Below are positions 37,485-50,424 of a stretch of DNA of 64,000 bases, piece by piece; position 1 is the first letter of the stretch; each line of letters begins with the position of its first letter. Source of the stretch: Glycera tridactyla. Its lineage: Eukaryota. The stretch spans positions 55,738,001 to 55,802,000 of the forward strand of contig OZ286470.1 in the NCBI GenBank assembly GCA_965644265.1, read 5' to 3'. A program made the translations under genes and the position numbers. Below the pieces are notes generated by a model. The model was not told the origin of the DNA and did no database searches. It saw nothing but the letters and a program-made list of their open reading frames with translations.

Positions 37485-38803
37485 TTTATGCAAACCCCTT
37501 TTTTGACATAGTCAATTTTATCCTGAGTTCACATCTCTTGTGAGACCATTTTTCAATGCTATCTAGAGTGTTCTCATCACAGGTTTGGCTGTATCAGTAT
37601 GGCTTAGTGTATGAAACAGTTGATTGTACATGTATTTACAGTGGTGCCAATTTTCCAAAAAGAATTGGAAATCTGAGAATTGGATGGAAAATATCAATTT
37701 CAGAAATCGCTGAAATCTGGTTGGGAGTTCCAAAACAAATACTTTCGATGATATGTGGGGGTAGTTTCAGAAAATCAATGTTTCCAAAAATTCAGCTTCA
37801 TCTCATTGACATCACTGTATACATGAGGGTACTACCATGGAATGACATGCTTGGCCTCCAACCAGCTGACGCACATGTAGTTGTATGTAGGACTTCTAGT
37901 TATGAACCTCCTCTTTGTGCATACCCATCTATATATTTAAATGGGGACGTTCCGGTGGATAAATGTTATCACAGTAGTTGCACCATTTCATAAAGGACAG
38001 TCACCTATTAAAGTTGTTTTTGTCTATCGCATCCTCTACATAACTGATGTTGAAATTATTCATTTTTGACAATATCCTGAAAAAATCATCAACTTTGGGA
38101 GAATCGATCAGAGAAATGGCACTCAGAATGTACAGTGATGGAGCAGTGATCTCACACAGCAGTGAAGGGCAGCTGAGGGACCAGATGAATGAGCAGTACA
38201 CAGTGTTCCATTGTTTTCTCCTAGAACAGAAGGAGTGCCTGTTAACTGGGTCACTCATTGTCCAGTCACAGACAAGCACCATGGTAACCAGGTCATGCAC
38301 TGACATTGTTACATTGTTTCTAGAGCAGGGGTGAGTAGGTCACAATGACCTGCAGTGTTTCTGTAAAGCCACACAAATGAATAAGTAGTTGCCAGCAGAA
38401 ATCATCAGTTGTCACTGTTTTGTCAAGGCAAATGGATATTCATTACTTTTAGAGCATAGGCCAATGCATGAGCCAAATTTTATTTGAACAGCATGCATCT
38501 CAAAGGAAATTTACAATTTCAGCAAGGTAAATATAAAACTGCCACAATATGATTACAGCATCTTCCTTGCTGGTTTTCAGTGGGTTTGTCTTCTGTTGTA
38601 AAGCATGCTATGAATGATTAGCATCCCCTGTCAATCATATTCAATTCTGACTGCCATATTTTCTGACAGGTTTGTGTGCCCATATGGCCAATGAATTAGA
38701 AAATAAAATGGGTCATTACTGAAAATAATGATGAGCCATCTCCAATTTGTCAATGATTAACAGGGACAAAAAAGCTGGGCCAGAGGACCCATAATAGGTA
38801 ATT

Positions 38804-38979
38804 CAGTGGATACTGTATTCAGCAACCACCCTTGGGAAGCCAAAAGGTGGTTGCTCAATACAGGTGGTTGCTTAATGCAGGTGAATTAAAGTGAAAAATA
38901 CTTTAACGGGAAATCATGAAGTGGCTGCTTGAATCAGGTGGTTGCATAATACAGTGGTTGTTCAATGCAGGTCCCACTG
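38804..38979. mobile_element. Tc1/mariner-type MITE (family also at 44616-44772)
   Basis: CAGT...CCACTG ends and repeated GGTGGTTGC.TAATACAGG motifs shared with 44616-44772. Confidence 0.7.
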
Positions 38980-39951
38980 AATATCAATGGGCAGAAAAGG
39001 CAAAAATGGGGGCTAAGAGCCCAGGATCATCCACAATCTGAAGATCTTATCTGTCAACAGACGATGAGAGTTCATTCACTGCAGAAAATACTATCATGGT
39101 TGCAGCCAAGTGTGGCTCTGAAGGCAGGTGATCTGTGTACAAAGGTGGTCTCGCTGGCAGGTTTGACGATATACAAATGGTTCATCACCTCATGGGAAAC
39201 CACCATGATACACCTGTGCATGGCACGGGTCTGGCCTAGTTATATTTAAGTTTTGGGAAAGAAATTCAATCAGCAAAATTATGAATATATGATGCAATTT
39301 TCCAGACAACCGTGTGGGTAATTGTAGTGGGAACCCATGGCTAGTGAATAGAATCAGATTATCTCACATCGGTGCCATTGATTGGGATATTTTTTACACA
39401 ATGATGACTTCCTGCTTTCATATCACAGATGAAGTTTTGCAGATGATATCCCCTTGATCTATATCCCCTGTTGTTGGTCTTATCTGGAATCACATGCAGT
39501 CAAACCTGTCTATGAAGGCCGTCTTCAGTCACATAAAAAGTGGCCTTTATAGAGAGGTGGCCTTTATAGCAGGTTCAGCTGTTCAGATGAACTTGTGTGA
39601 GATTATTATATATGTGTTTGTTGTATGGTGAATGATGTCCCTACAATCAGCTGGCATTTTATTCATTACATGTAATTAGTTTTAATATTTATTCTCTCCT
39701 AGGAACGTCATGTAAATTATGTTTTTCTGTTTTGTTTTGATATTGATATTCATTATTCATTATATATTGGCTACAATATTCATGACATAAGCTTTTGTCC
39801 AGATCTATTTTCCCACCCTGCAAACATTTTCTACCCATTCTTAATAATTATCTTTGGTGGAATTGATTGTGAACTCCTGGATCATCAGCCTGGATGGAGC
39901 ATCACTCTGGATATGCTATTGAAGCAAATTTAGAAGGCTCTATTCGAACTA

Positions 39952-40636
39952 CAGTAAAACCTGCTTGACCGTAATCCTGTGATAGGCGAAATCCTGTCTT
40001 AAGTGCATCGGCCCGAACATTTTTTCACTATAATTGTTCTGTATTAAGCGAAAACCTGTCAAACACGAACAACAGAATGCCATTTTCGGTCCCGCAGAGC
40101 CTTCCAACCTGTAGTAAGCAGAATGCAAAGTTGACATTGACTCACTCATGAGCAGTTCTACACGTTCCGCTCAGGAATGCTGACACAGTTTTCGCACCAC
40201 CCCACGTCTCCCAACAATGTGAGCAAGTCTACATTGGCGCCTTTGGCCAGTTGACATCCAGCACTCGTGAGCAGTTCTACATGAGCAGTTCTACATGTTC
40301 TGCTCGCGAATCCGTGAAAGATGATTTCTTGAGCACTGCGCAGCCTATCGTCAGTATAGTCAGTATACTGGTCATAGTTACATAGGTGAAATTAATAATG
40401 CGGTCACGAGATTTCTCGATTTCTGCGCCGCTTTCGGGACCACGAGGAAGATGTTCTTTACCTGTTCATGAATGAATTTATCATGTTCAGCTGATGTTTG
40501 CTCATGTAATTGCAGCGATGGTGAGTTCTTTGTGAGAAGTTAGTCTACTGGTCAAATTCCTGTGCTAAGCGGAATCCTGTCTTATGTGGAAAAAAAATTT
40601 GGTCCCGTGACTTTTCGCTTAAGACAGGTTTTACTG
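39952..40636. mobile_element. Tc1/mariner-type MITE, TA TSD
   Basis: TA|CAGTAAAACCTG ... GACAGGTTTTACTG|TA; homologous arms inverted at about 59400-59619 and 61945-62020. Confidence 0.85.
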
Positions 40637-40848
40637 TATCATTCCTACATTTTGACGGTCCTGCTAGATATGTGTCTAAAGACATGAAAATTTCAGAAAT
40701 AGAAGAGTGTGCGTCATGACAATCACAAAATCATAGTTAATATTGAAACAGGCCCTGAGCATTATTGTTTTAATTGATCAAGCTTGGTCTAGCTCCAACT
40801 GGTGATCTTTGAAAAAGTCATTTAATGTCATAGTGGTTTTGTTGAGTA

Positions 40849-41572
40849 CAGTCAAACCTGTCTATAACGACCACCCTCAGGCACAGACAAAGTGGTTGTT
40901 ATAGAGAGGTGGCTGATATGGAGAGGTTCTGATGAAAAATGCAAAAATGTAACCAGTCTTGCAATTATCTATAAATATCACTGAATCGACGTGTGCCAAT
41001 TGTATTCACTTCATAATACATCCAAATTTGACGAAATATTGACATTTTCACCATCATCATGATAGTTTTGTTCTTCTCCAAGAAGGAGGAAGCCCTTGTC
41101 TGCTATTACGGTAAACATCATGAATGCTCGTATGAGCAAACGAAACTCGTATTATTTGCTCGAATACGAACATATTTTGTGAGTGAAGCACGGCTAAATT
41201 GCGAACTTTGTCACGTGCAAACGAGCACGTGTTCCATGCTGACATAAGACAAATGGCGAAGTACATCCGGGTCTCTGCCCGCAAATCGTTACCGTTTTGT
41301 CAAATGAAAATTCTTCATATTTCGTCAAATCATCATCACAGCGCGAACGATCAACCTCTAGAACCTTAAAATCCGATAAGAATGCAAATAAAGGCCGAGG
41401 CGGTCGTTATAGGGAGGTCTGCAAACGAAACATGGTGGTTGCTGGTCTAAGTCGGGAGGTGGTCGCTATAGAAAGGTCATATATAGTGAAAAATACGTCG
41501 GTCGCGGTCACTGGTGGTCATTGAAGCGAGGTGGTCGCTATACAGAGGTGGTCGCTAGAGCAGGTTGGACTG
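40849..41572. mobile_element. Tc1/mariner-type MITE
   Basis: TA|CAGTCAAACCTGTCTATAACGACCAC ... GTGGTCGCTAGAGCAGGTTGGACTG; short relatives near 30753 and 39497. Confidence 0.82.
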
Positions 41573-43161
41573 TGATGGCAAGTATATTTCACGAGTCATA
41601 CCGGGATAGTAGAAGTGTTTACAATGTGTTGGTCTTCATGTTGTGTACATGTACTTGCATTCAGCTTTGTCGCGAAACATCTCTGTACTATGTAATGGGT
41701 GAATCACTGTAAATGCAAGATCCAACTTGAGAAAGAAATTGTATAAAATGAAGGAAATTTCATCGCTCTCTGCCTTCTCATGGATATCTGAGATGGTATA
41801 CATATGCAGCCTACATGAAAAACGTTTTTAGTCATTCTCCCATCGGGAAAGCAGATTGGAAGATTAACTCTTCTGAAAATGAATTCACTCTCCCAAAGAT
41901 TGAATATATACATATACCGGTATATGCAAAGCATTCTCAGGGAACAATGCTTTCGACGTCTACTAGTTGGAACTGCCTTCAAAGTCACTGGAGACAACTT
42001 TCGTTTGGATCCTTTCGTAGATAAGAGATATGAGTCACAACCTTCTTCCTCGATGATAGTTTGCGCGGAGTTGGTAAGCGTGGTAGATTAGCTGTCAGAA
42101 TCAATACAGAGCGAATCAGCTGAAGAATTGGCCTCAGTTGTCATCGTTGCTAAGGCCGTGAGCCCGCCATTTTGAATCCACGAACAATCGAAAGTCACTT
42201 GCCAGAAGATCGTCTTAAAGCATACGAACCACAAGAAGATCAGTCCGATTCACTCATCTTTCGTAATCTATGAGTGCTCACGAGTCGAACGGTATATCAT
42301 TCACAACTTCAAACGTAAATAAACTAAAGAATTGGTGACCAAACGTAGTCGTACTCAATCCCTTCCCCCCATGCTGAGCGCGGAGGAATACAATGAGGAA
42401 TGAAATATTATTTTCAAAAGGCACTGCCTAAAAGCACCTCTGTGGTATTCCGCATACAAGATCAGTAAGACTGAATGCAAGCGAGGAACATGGGAAATGC
42501 CAATTTTGCGGATGACATTTTCTCAGTACTGAAATTTGCCTCACTTTATTATTTGGACAGCTGCTGGGTGCACTGAATGGTGTTTCAAATGTGGTGCTTC
42601 CTGCATTCAATCCTGGGTTCATCATGGAAATGTTTACCTGAATATGCATGCCCCTGTCTGGTTGATTGTTTTATATCTCGTTAGCACCATTTGGGCTATA
42701 TTGTGATGCCCATGTGGGATCATTTAAGTTTCCTCTTTCTAGTAGATCACAGGTGGAATTTATGAGATCCACAGACATTTGGCATGATCTCTGTTGGGGA
42801 AATAAAGGCATTAGGCTGCAGCAATCCTGTCTTTAGCCAGGCGTGCCACGCAGGCGGAAACATGTGTTTTGTGAAGTTTAAGGATAATATGGGGGTAGAT
42901 ATACTGTGATATTTCTCTACTGTGATAGTGTTGTTAAATGTCTTTTTATAAGTTGGATAGTCTCTTACCTAGCGAAAATAAAAACCTTATACCTCTGTAA
43001 TGGTCTGTTGCCTTTCGTTCTAGAAGCTTCATGGTTTATTGGTTGGGCTTGTCATAATTCAATCTACTTTGGTCACTTTAGTGACTCAAAATGCAAAATG
43101 GATGATGGAAAGTGCAAGGCAGAGACAATGTCTCCATATTCATCTCATATTTTCATATATA

Positions 43162-43338
43162 CAGTGAAACCTGCTTGAGTGTAAACCTGCGCTAGGCAAA
43201 ATCCTGTCTTAAGCACATACCCCACGGTCTGCCCGGATGTTTTTTTCTCACTATAATTGTCCTGCGCTAAGCAAAATCCTGTCTTAAGTGAAAGAAAAAT
43301 TTGGTCCCGTGACTTTTCACTTAAGACAGGTTTTACTG
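43162..43338. mobile_element. 177-bp Tc1/mariner-type MITE (uninterrupted version of the copy split at 59638-61499)
   Basis: TA|CAGTGAAACCTG ... CAGGTTTTACTG|TA. Confidence 0.88.
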
Positions 43339-44615
43339 TACTCTATTCAGCCAGGAATGAATGTACTTAAGAATGATGATAGCAGCCATCCTTTTCAACA
43401 AAGTCTAACAAAATCATGGGACCAATTATTTTGACTGCTTTTTGAAAAACTTTACAGTGGTCTCCAAAGATTGTGATTCTTGCAATGGCTACCTACATGG
43501 CCTCCAAATAATTTCTACCTGGTCATTTTATATCCTGCCCAAGTATTTTGATGCACTGATATTGGAACCACGCCTATGTGGTAGATCTCCATAGAATTAA
43601 TATGCAACAATAGATATCAAGACATTTCTCTTGAAAACAAGACGCGAACGAGAAAGTTTCTTATATAAATTGATGTGTCTATGTTTATTGCATCCAACAC
43701 TACGTGGGTTTTACAGTTAGCCTCATCACATTCATTCCCGCATGAAGATCCCATTGACTCAGTACAAAAAATAAATATGCCTCATAAGTACATGATAAGT
43801 CAAACTAATTATGACACCAAACAAGAGAATAATAAAGAAAAAACAAGTGAGTATACAGAACAAAAGTAGCACCTGCCCAGCAGGTGTAGAGCTGGTCATA
43901 TGGCAAGTCAAACAATCTCACACAGGACTGCATCAGTCCATCACCTGAACCCACCCCAATACTTTACGCATGTCAGATAAATGTCTGCTGCTTGTCACAC
44001 AAAATAACTCACATCTGCAAGTTGATTTTGTGAATAGTGAAGTACGACCCAGAGCCCCAAATACATCACATTTCTGAATGCCCATGTGTGTGGCATAGTT
44101 TTGTGGACCAGATACAAGTAACAGGAATTGCACATACACATGGGAAATATTTTTTTTTTTGGTGTCACTACTGACTTTTAGCTTTCAGAGGAAGTTAGCA
44201 TCTCTGTTCCAGGAAACAATAATTTCTGAAATGTTAGTACACATTGGCAAAAGAAGGATCCAGTTGTTCAAAGCAATATTCAAAACAGGTCTGCGGAACA
44301 ATCGTATCCCTTTTGAAAGGTAAGTTCTCAGATACTCACTGCTGAGAGAAGTTTTGTGTGTGCGTGTGTGCCAAATTGAGTCAATGGAATGAATCATTGT
44401 GGCCTTCAGGGCAAGTGAGTAACATGCAGAAAGTGCTAGAGTGCATGCATCTACATTGTGCATGAGTGCTGTCAACTGAAAATAAACCTGGAATCAGCAT
44501 AATGAGTTATACAAAATACAGAATCAGTTCTCAGTTTACTCATTGAGTCAGATTCAATTTTCTGGGGATTTGAAACACTAAAAGAAAGAGGGAAATTCAC
44601 TCTCCAAGCACTATA

Positions 44616-44772
44616 CAGTTTAACCTGTATCAAGCAACCACCCTTGGGAAATGAAAAAGTGGTTGCTTAATACAGGTGAAGTAGTGATATCTATTCTGAT
44701 GGGATATAGAAAAGTGACTGCTTAAGACAAGTGGTCGCTGAATACTGTGGTTGCTCAATACAGGCTCCACTG
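44616..44772. mobile_element. Tc1/mariner-type MITE
   Basis: TA|CAGTTTAACCTGTAT ... ATACAGGCTCCACTG|TA. Confidence 0.75.
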
Positions 44773-45163
44773 TATATGTTTTGGTTTAACATCATCTGAA
44801 CCTAACATTCTCTGGTTTTGTGCAAAAAAAATTCATGCAAAAACATATTCATAACTTGCTGATACAGAAATGGTTCAGTGTTCTTCAATATGCTGTACTC
44901 AGTTTTCCAACGTAATTGACACTTTGGGTCCAAACGATGAAAGCCACTAAGATGATAGATCAGAAAATGTGATCATCTTACACTTGATAGTGTCAGACAT
45001 TTCACAGACTTGAACTTTGCCGGTTTAGCCACCTGCAGATCACAGTGCATGGAACGTGCAAGTCACATGACCGTGCATTATGATGTAGGCGTGCGCCAGT
45101 GGTCCTGATGAGTAATATTCCATACCCTTATATTCAAGGCATCCCCGCACTGATCATGGTATA

Positions 45164-45341
45164 CAGTAAAACCTGTCTTGGGAGACCACCCCAAATGCCA
45201 ACTAAAAGTGGTCTCTCAAGAGAGGTGGTCTCTCATTGGAGGTATATTTGACTATGTCAAATAGAAAAGAGCCGATAAAGAGCGGTCTCCCATTAGAGAG
45301 TGGTCCCCCAAAAGAGGGGTCTCCCAAGACAGGTTTCACTG
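45164..45341. mobile_element. 178-bp Tc1/mariner-type MITE (copies at 53556-53733 and inverted at 57478-57636)
   Basis: TA|CAGTAAAACCTGTCTTGGGAGACC ... GGTCTCCCAAGACAGGTTTCACTG|TA. Confidence 0.9.
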
Positions 45342-45599
45342 TATAAACAGTGTTATCCTGAGTAATTTCTATCAAACTTTGGGCTAGATGGAGTATGAAC
45401 TATATTTGCCAGAATTCTAAATGATAACCATGAGAGGATCTGGCATTATCCCTCGCCTGAGAAAGGAACAAAAATCAGGTTTGTAGAAATTGAGAGAGGG
45501 CCAGGTGTTAGAACAGGGTTTCTAGTGTTTAGTTACCATCACAGAGGATTTCCAGCATTTGAAACATTCAAAACATCTCACCCATTTGAACAATATTGT

Positions 45600-45750
45600 G
45601 TTCGTGTGAGGATTAACGTAATGTATCAACCCAGAGGATTATGTATGCCCAGTGTTCCTGGTCAATGAAAGTAGGATGTTTCGTCCCCTGCAGGCATCAC
45701 ATACACACACCCTGAGCACAAGATGATGGGGTCCCTGACACACCTCTACC
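45600..45750 (-). mobile_element. SINE-like repeat fragment (copy 3 of 3)
   Basis: tgtatcaacccagaggattatgtatgcc...cccctgcaggcatcac...gcacaagatgatgggg matches the reverse complement of 15830-15950. Confidence 0.65.
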
Positions 45751-48700
45751 TCCTCAATTTGAACATATTACACCTATTGATGGCATATTTAACAATGTAA
45801 CTGGCTGGAAGCTGACACTCAAGCCCGATAGAAATGCTTTCATTTTAAGCAAGGTTCAGCACTCAAAACAAGGAAAAGCATTAGTCGATTCTCATATGAT
45901 CATAAAGCAGAGATGCTTCCAGGAATTTTTCCCAGAGGGGGAATTCCCCCCCCCCCCCCCGACTTCTGAGATGAGGGGGATCTGACTTATGGAGAGGGGG
46001 ATCTTCATTTTCAATTTTCAGGAACCTTTTTCAATATCTGTGCAACTGGTTGGATAAAAAAAGTGGTTTCAGTGGGAAAGTGGGTTTTGTAGGAAGGTGG
46101 TTTGAGCAGGTTTGACTATTATTGTAATAACCCCACTCACTGACTGGGTACTTTGTCAATCTGACACGATCACCATACTAGCATTCAAATATTCCCGCCA
46201 AAACGAAAGCTGCCCATAGTTCGCATTGATCACACTAGGTGCCAAGTGGTGCTGCGATCGGCTCAATCAAGACGCGAATAGCGCCACATGACGGAATTAT
46301 CGGGAACTAACATGAAAACAACATGCGCAGAAGACGTTTTTACGAGTCACACGGCAAAAGCTGCGCAGTTCTCGATCAAGATGGCCGAATATCGTTCGTA
46401 TTGACGAAACGTCTAGACATTTTTGTATATTTCTCGATTTTTCTTCGCGCACTCGCTAAATTTGATCGCGGGATTGAGCGTTTTCATTCACGCATTGATA
46501 CTAATGGAGCGCGGGCGATGATGGAGGAATCGCGAGCATCGTGCGATCGCGCAGCCTGGCGGCATCTCTGATAAAGGTAGATCAACTTTGGTGAGATACA
46601 TCAAAATAACTTCAGCGCTCATTTCTATCCCCATCTTACATTGCTAAATAAGATGAGACACCAGTACGATGCTTTGACAATTGCAAGACAAGAAGCTAGG
46701 GAGGGGCCTGTTAGAGACCTCACTTACTACCAGGTTTAGGCTTTGATTGATTAGAGTTGAGGCAATGGTTTTAAGATATTTATCTGTAGTGAACTGGGGT
46801 AAATGGCAGGTCAGGTCAACTTAATGGTAGAAGAGCCTATGATATCACAATGGTTATTTTAATAAACTTCATCCTCTACANNNNNNNNNNNNNNNNNNNN
46901 NNNNNNNNNNNNNNNNNNNNNNNNNNNNNNNNNNNNNNNNNNNNNNNNNNNNNNNNNNNNNNNNNNNNNNNNNNNNNNNNNNNNNNNNNNNNNNNNNNNN
47001 NNNNNNNNNNNNNNNNNNNNNNNNNNNNNNNNNNNNNACCTCATACATAGCAAATGCAGCACAACTTTGAATAAAAATATAAATAAAAGTTGCATTTACA
47101 ATATCAACATAATATGATACAGATTGACCAGTATTTGTATAGATATATACAGACATGTATTCAAACAATCACCAGCGCTTCTCTCTCAGTCAGATCTTAT
47201 CAGCAGTCACATGCACTCCAGGGACAAGTACAATTCCTTTCCTGCACATGCCATTCCAATAAATTGGTTGATTTCTGCTACTCATTACAACCACTTTGGC
47301 GTCGGGCGAATTGTTACATACGGGTACTAGAGTGGAACAAGCGATAAGCATGAAGCCCCCGACACTGATATCAGCGATGAGATGAGTACATACATTCTCC
47401 TCATCCTTGTATCATTCTCTTCCACATGTCTTCATTGTAAACGAATCAATCAGGAAAATGCTGACAACAATATTTGTGGGGGACTCTATATGACTGTATG
47501 AATAAAGAGGCATGTACAAAAGGCAAGAAAATTTATCACAAGAAAGCGAGCTCGCCGAATCTCAGTGACAACGCCAATTGCAACTTGCATAATGGCATAC
47601 CCTCACTTGCGACATGATGAAGGGAGGAGTACATGATCCTTTCAAAGTGAAACTACAGTAGAACACCAACAAATATAGTTTTGGATGGAATTGTGAAAGA
47701 ACTTCGCCAAAATAATTGTTATCAATTATAATGAGAGAAAGAATGAGGCATGGTTTGATGAGGATTGGCGATTTTGCCGATGTGTTGCACAGTGTCAGTG
47801 GTGTCATGGTCATTGACTCTTTCACTCTACAATTCAATGGCACACAGGCAGGCAGCAATGGGCTATTAACAACAGCCTTCCTGGAATTACTGATTACACT
47901 TTCTCAGTCTCCACTTGTATAATTCTACTCTGGACTGTATGTGCACCACAATGGAGGAGTATATACTAGTGCTTGGACGATTACCTGATTAAATACATTA
48001 TTGCATCAATGACAGGTTTGACTCAATAAATCAATTATGTAAGTTGACAATCGATTAAATAATCAAGGATTTCTAGTACTTATGTGGACTAACTAGAAAA
48101 TCCCAACATCATCAGCATACATTTGTTATCTCACACAAGTGACACTGACTATTTCAGCAAGTACTCAAGTTACAACAAAATTGCAAATATGACTATGATG
48201 GCCAGAACAGGGAGATTTTTCAAAGCAAGTTTGATTTTTTTTCAGAGTGTTTATCACCCCTGAATACAGGTACAAAGTTATGATTTCATGGCAAACTGTC
48301 GGCCTGCTGAGTCTGAACTATGATTATCTGATCAATCATCACTTTAGCAACCGAGTCTGAGCACCAGTATATACACAGATGTGGGTCAGACAGATGACTC
48401 ATGATCAGCATTCTCCACAGCTGGCCACAACTTTGACAGACATTGTGGGTGGACAAATGAAACGTGCAGGCTCCTGTATACTCTACATAATTACGCATGT
48501 ACAAATGGGAGAATATGACTTCACAAAATGTATAAGGATGAATGAAGACAAGAACATTGATGAAATGATGAGATGTGTGTGCATGAGCTGTGGTATACAC
48601 ATGGAACACATGGAAGTCAGGAATCCATGCTGCTGTGTGATCAGCTTCTCCTTGGTCCCAGACTGCATCATCACCTCACGCTCAAATTAGTCATCAAGGA

Positions 48701-48906
48701 GGGACAATGACCCAAAGTGAACTCAAAAGATGGCACAAATATCACAGATCATTCCCATAACATCGCCGAGGCATGCAGCTAATAGCTGTGACAGGAGTCA
48801 GAAAGTAATACAGCATGATGACTGAGATCAATTTAAATTCAATAAGACAAATAAGTCTCTTGTTAACGAAAATGTGACCAGTTTGGTAAAGAACAAGAGG
48901 AAAATG

Positions 48907-49171
48907 CTTCTAATATGGCCAAACATTTACTCATGTTTGTTGACAGTTTGGGGAACTGTCAGCTATGTTCCTAAGAAATGACTGCTGCTAGGTGGCAGTG
49001 CGGCAAAATATGGAACCAAGTACTGGTAATCCCCCAAAGTATGAGGGGGCATGAAGACACATGAAAGTGTCAAACTGCCGCAGCAGTCAGCTGCGGTCAG
49101 TTCCAAAAAAGATGGTTGACAGCCATCGCAACTGTCAACAAACATGAGTAAATATTTGGCCATGTTAGAAG
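48907..49171. repeat. Fold-back (palindromic) MITE-like element
   Basis: About 42-bp outer arms with 2 mismatches (48907-48948 vs 49130-49171), plus inner inverted segments (gactgctgc...ggcagt / actgcc...gcagcagtc). Confidence 0.8.
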
Positions 49172-49819
49172 AATCTACCTCAGAGAGGTAAGTCTATTAC
49201 TGAAGGTGGACTGGAAAGAGAATATACAAAACAAAAGCAATAATATGGAAGAGGTGGTCTCTCATGACAAATCTAAAATGGTACATTACCATCAGTGACA
49301 TGATCAGGTGAACCAGAGAAAGCATCAAGATACCAACTAAGACCTGCATGATGATGTCTCTATGCTCTTACAATCATTCCCCTTAATCAATTACTCCAAT
49401 TTCCAAAGGTTATATTTGAGAACATTTCCTAATGAGGCTGAATATAATCAATGTGTCCAGGACGAACAATTTGATCTTGCAAGGAAAATAAATCTATTCA
49501 TTGTGAGGCAACAAATATGATAAATGATTATTGGGTTGTGCATGATGGGCTAGAGAGCAACTGATCTTTCATAGCATTCCTTGTAAAATGCAGGAAATTT
49601 GGTGGCCTAAAAAGAGTAGTTGCTACTTCAAAATGGTAGCAGTTGGCATCTTTTTACTACCTATGTAGTTTGAAAGGTGCACCGCTGTAATTGGGAGATG
49701 CAGGATGAGAAGGTGGAGAGAGGTTGAGAGATGGCAAGAGAGAGGTTGAAAGAGAGAGATGGCTGAGAAAGGTTGAGAGACAGAGAGAGATGGCGCCGGT
49801 GTAACTAAACACTTGATGA

Positions 49820-50027
49820 CTAGGTGCTGTCCTCTGGTGGAATGCTCATACTGTGTTCATCGGTGGGCGTCCCTGATGGTGTTCCCGTTCGTTCTGCGAG
49901 ACCGATAAGATAGCCGCGAGTCTCGTACACCATCTCGGTGGCGTCGGGCTTCTCAGTCAAGACCCAGGTATCATCACGCCCCTGTACTGTGGCACGGCAT
50001 ATCGGGCACGTCTTGTGACTGAAATTC
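49820..50027 (-). CDS. RNF141: RING finger protein 141, last coding exon
   Basis: Acceptor tttgtag|G; (W)NFSHKTCPICRATVQGRDDTWVLTEKPDATEM...YLIGLAERTGTP resembles, from memory, the vertebrate RNF141 C-terminus (RHRNCPICR...ESWVVSDAP...YILNMADEAG). Confidence 0.88.
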
Positions 50028-50424
50028 CTACAAATGAGATTAATACCACTCTTGACATGATCAACAAAATCCACCTAGGATATTGAACATCAAACATAGC
50101 CTTCACTGAAGGCCCCTCTTGCCTCAACGAAGCCAACTCAATTGCCTTGAATATATATGTGACACAACTCATACTGTAGAACTCAATTTACATACAAGGG
50201 TTTGATGGGCCTCATAAGATCCTGTATGGGCCAGAATTCAATAGGGAATGCTATGAAAAGTATCTATGTCAATTTTCCATTTTCATAAAATCAGAATCAT
50301 ACTCGTGAAAATAATTCATTGTGTTGTGACAACCTGGAATGCGGATATCAAGCAATACCCAGAATTGTCAACTATTGAATGAGAAGCCTCAAACGCTTCT
50401 TGAAAGAACTGGAATCATTCTATC

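Noticed and set aside
7975-48700. Plus-strand gene as AMP deaminase, by analogy with vertebrate AMPD3-RNF141 synteny
   Set aside because: No AMP deaminase catalytic motifs were seen in any candidate exon.
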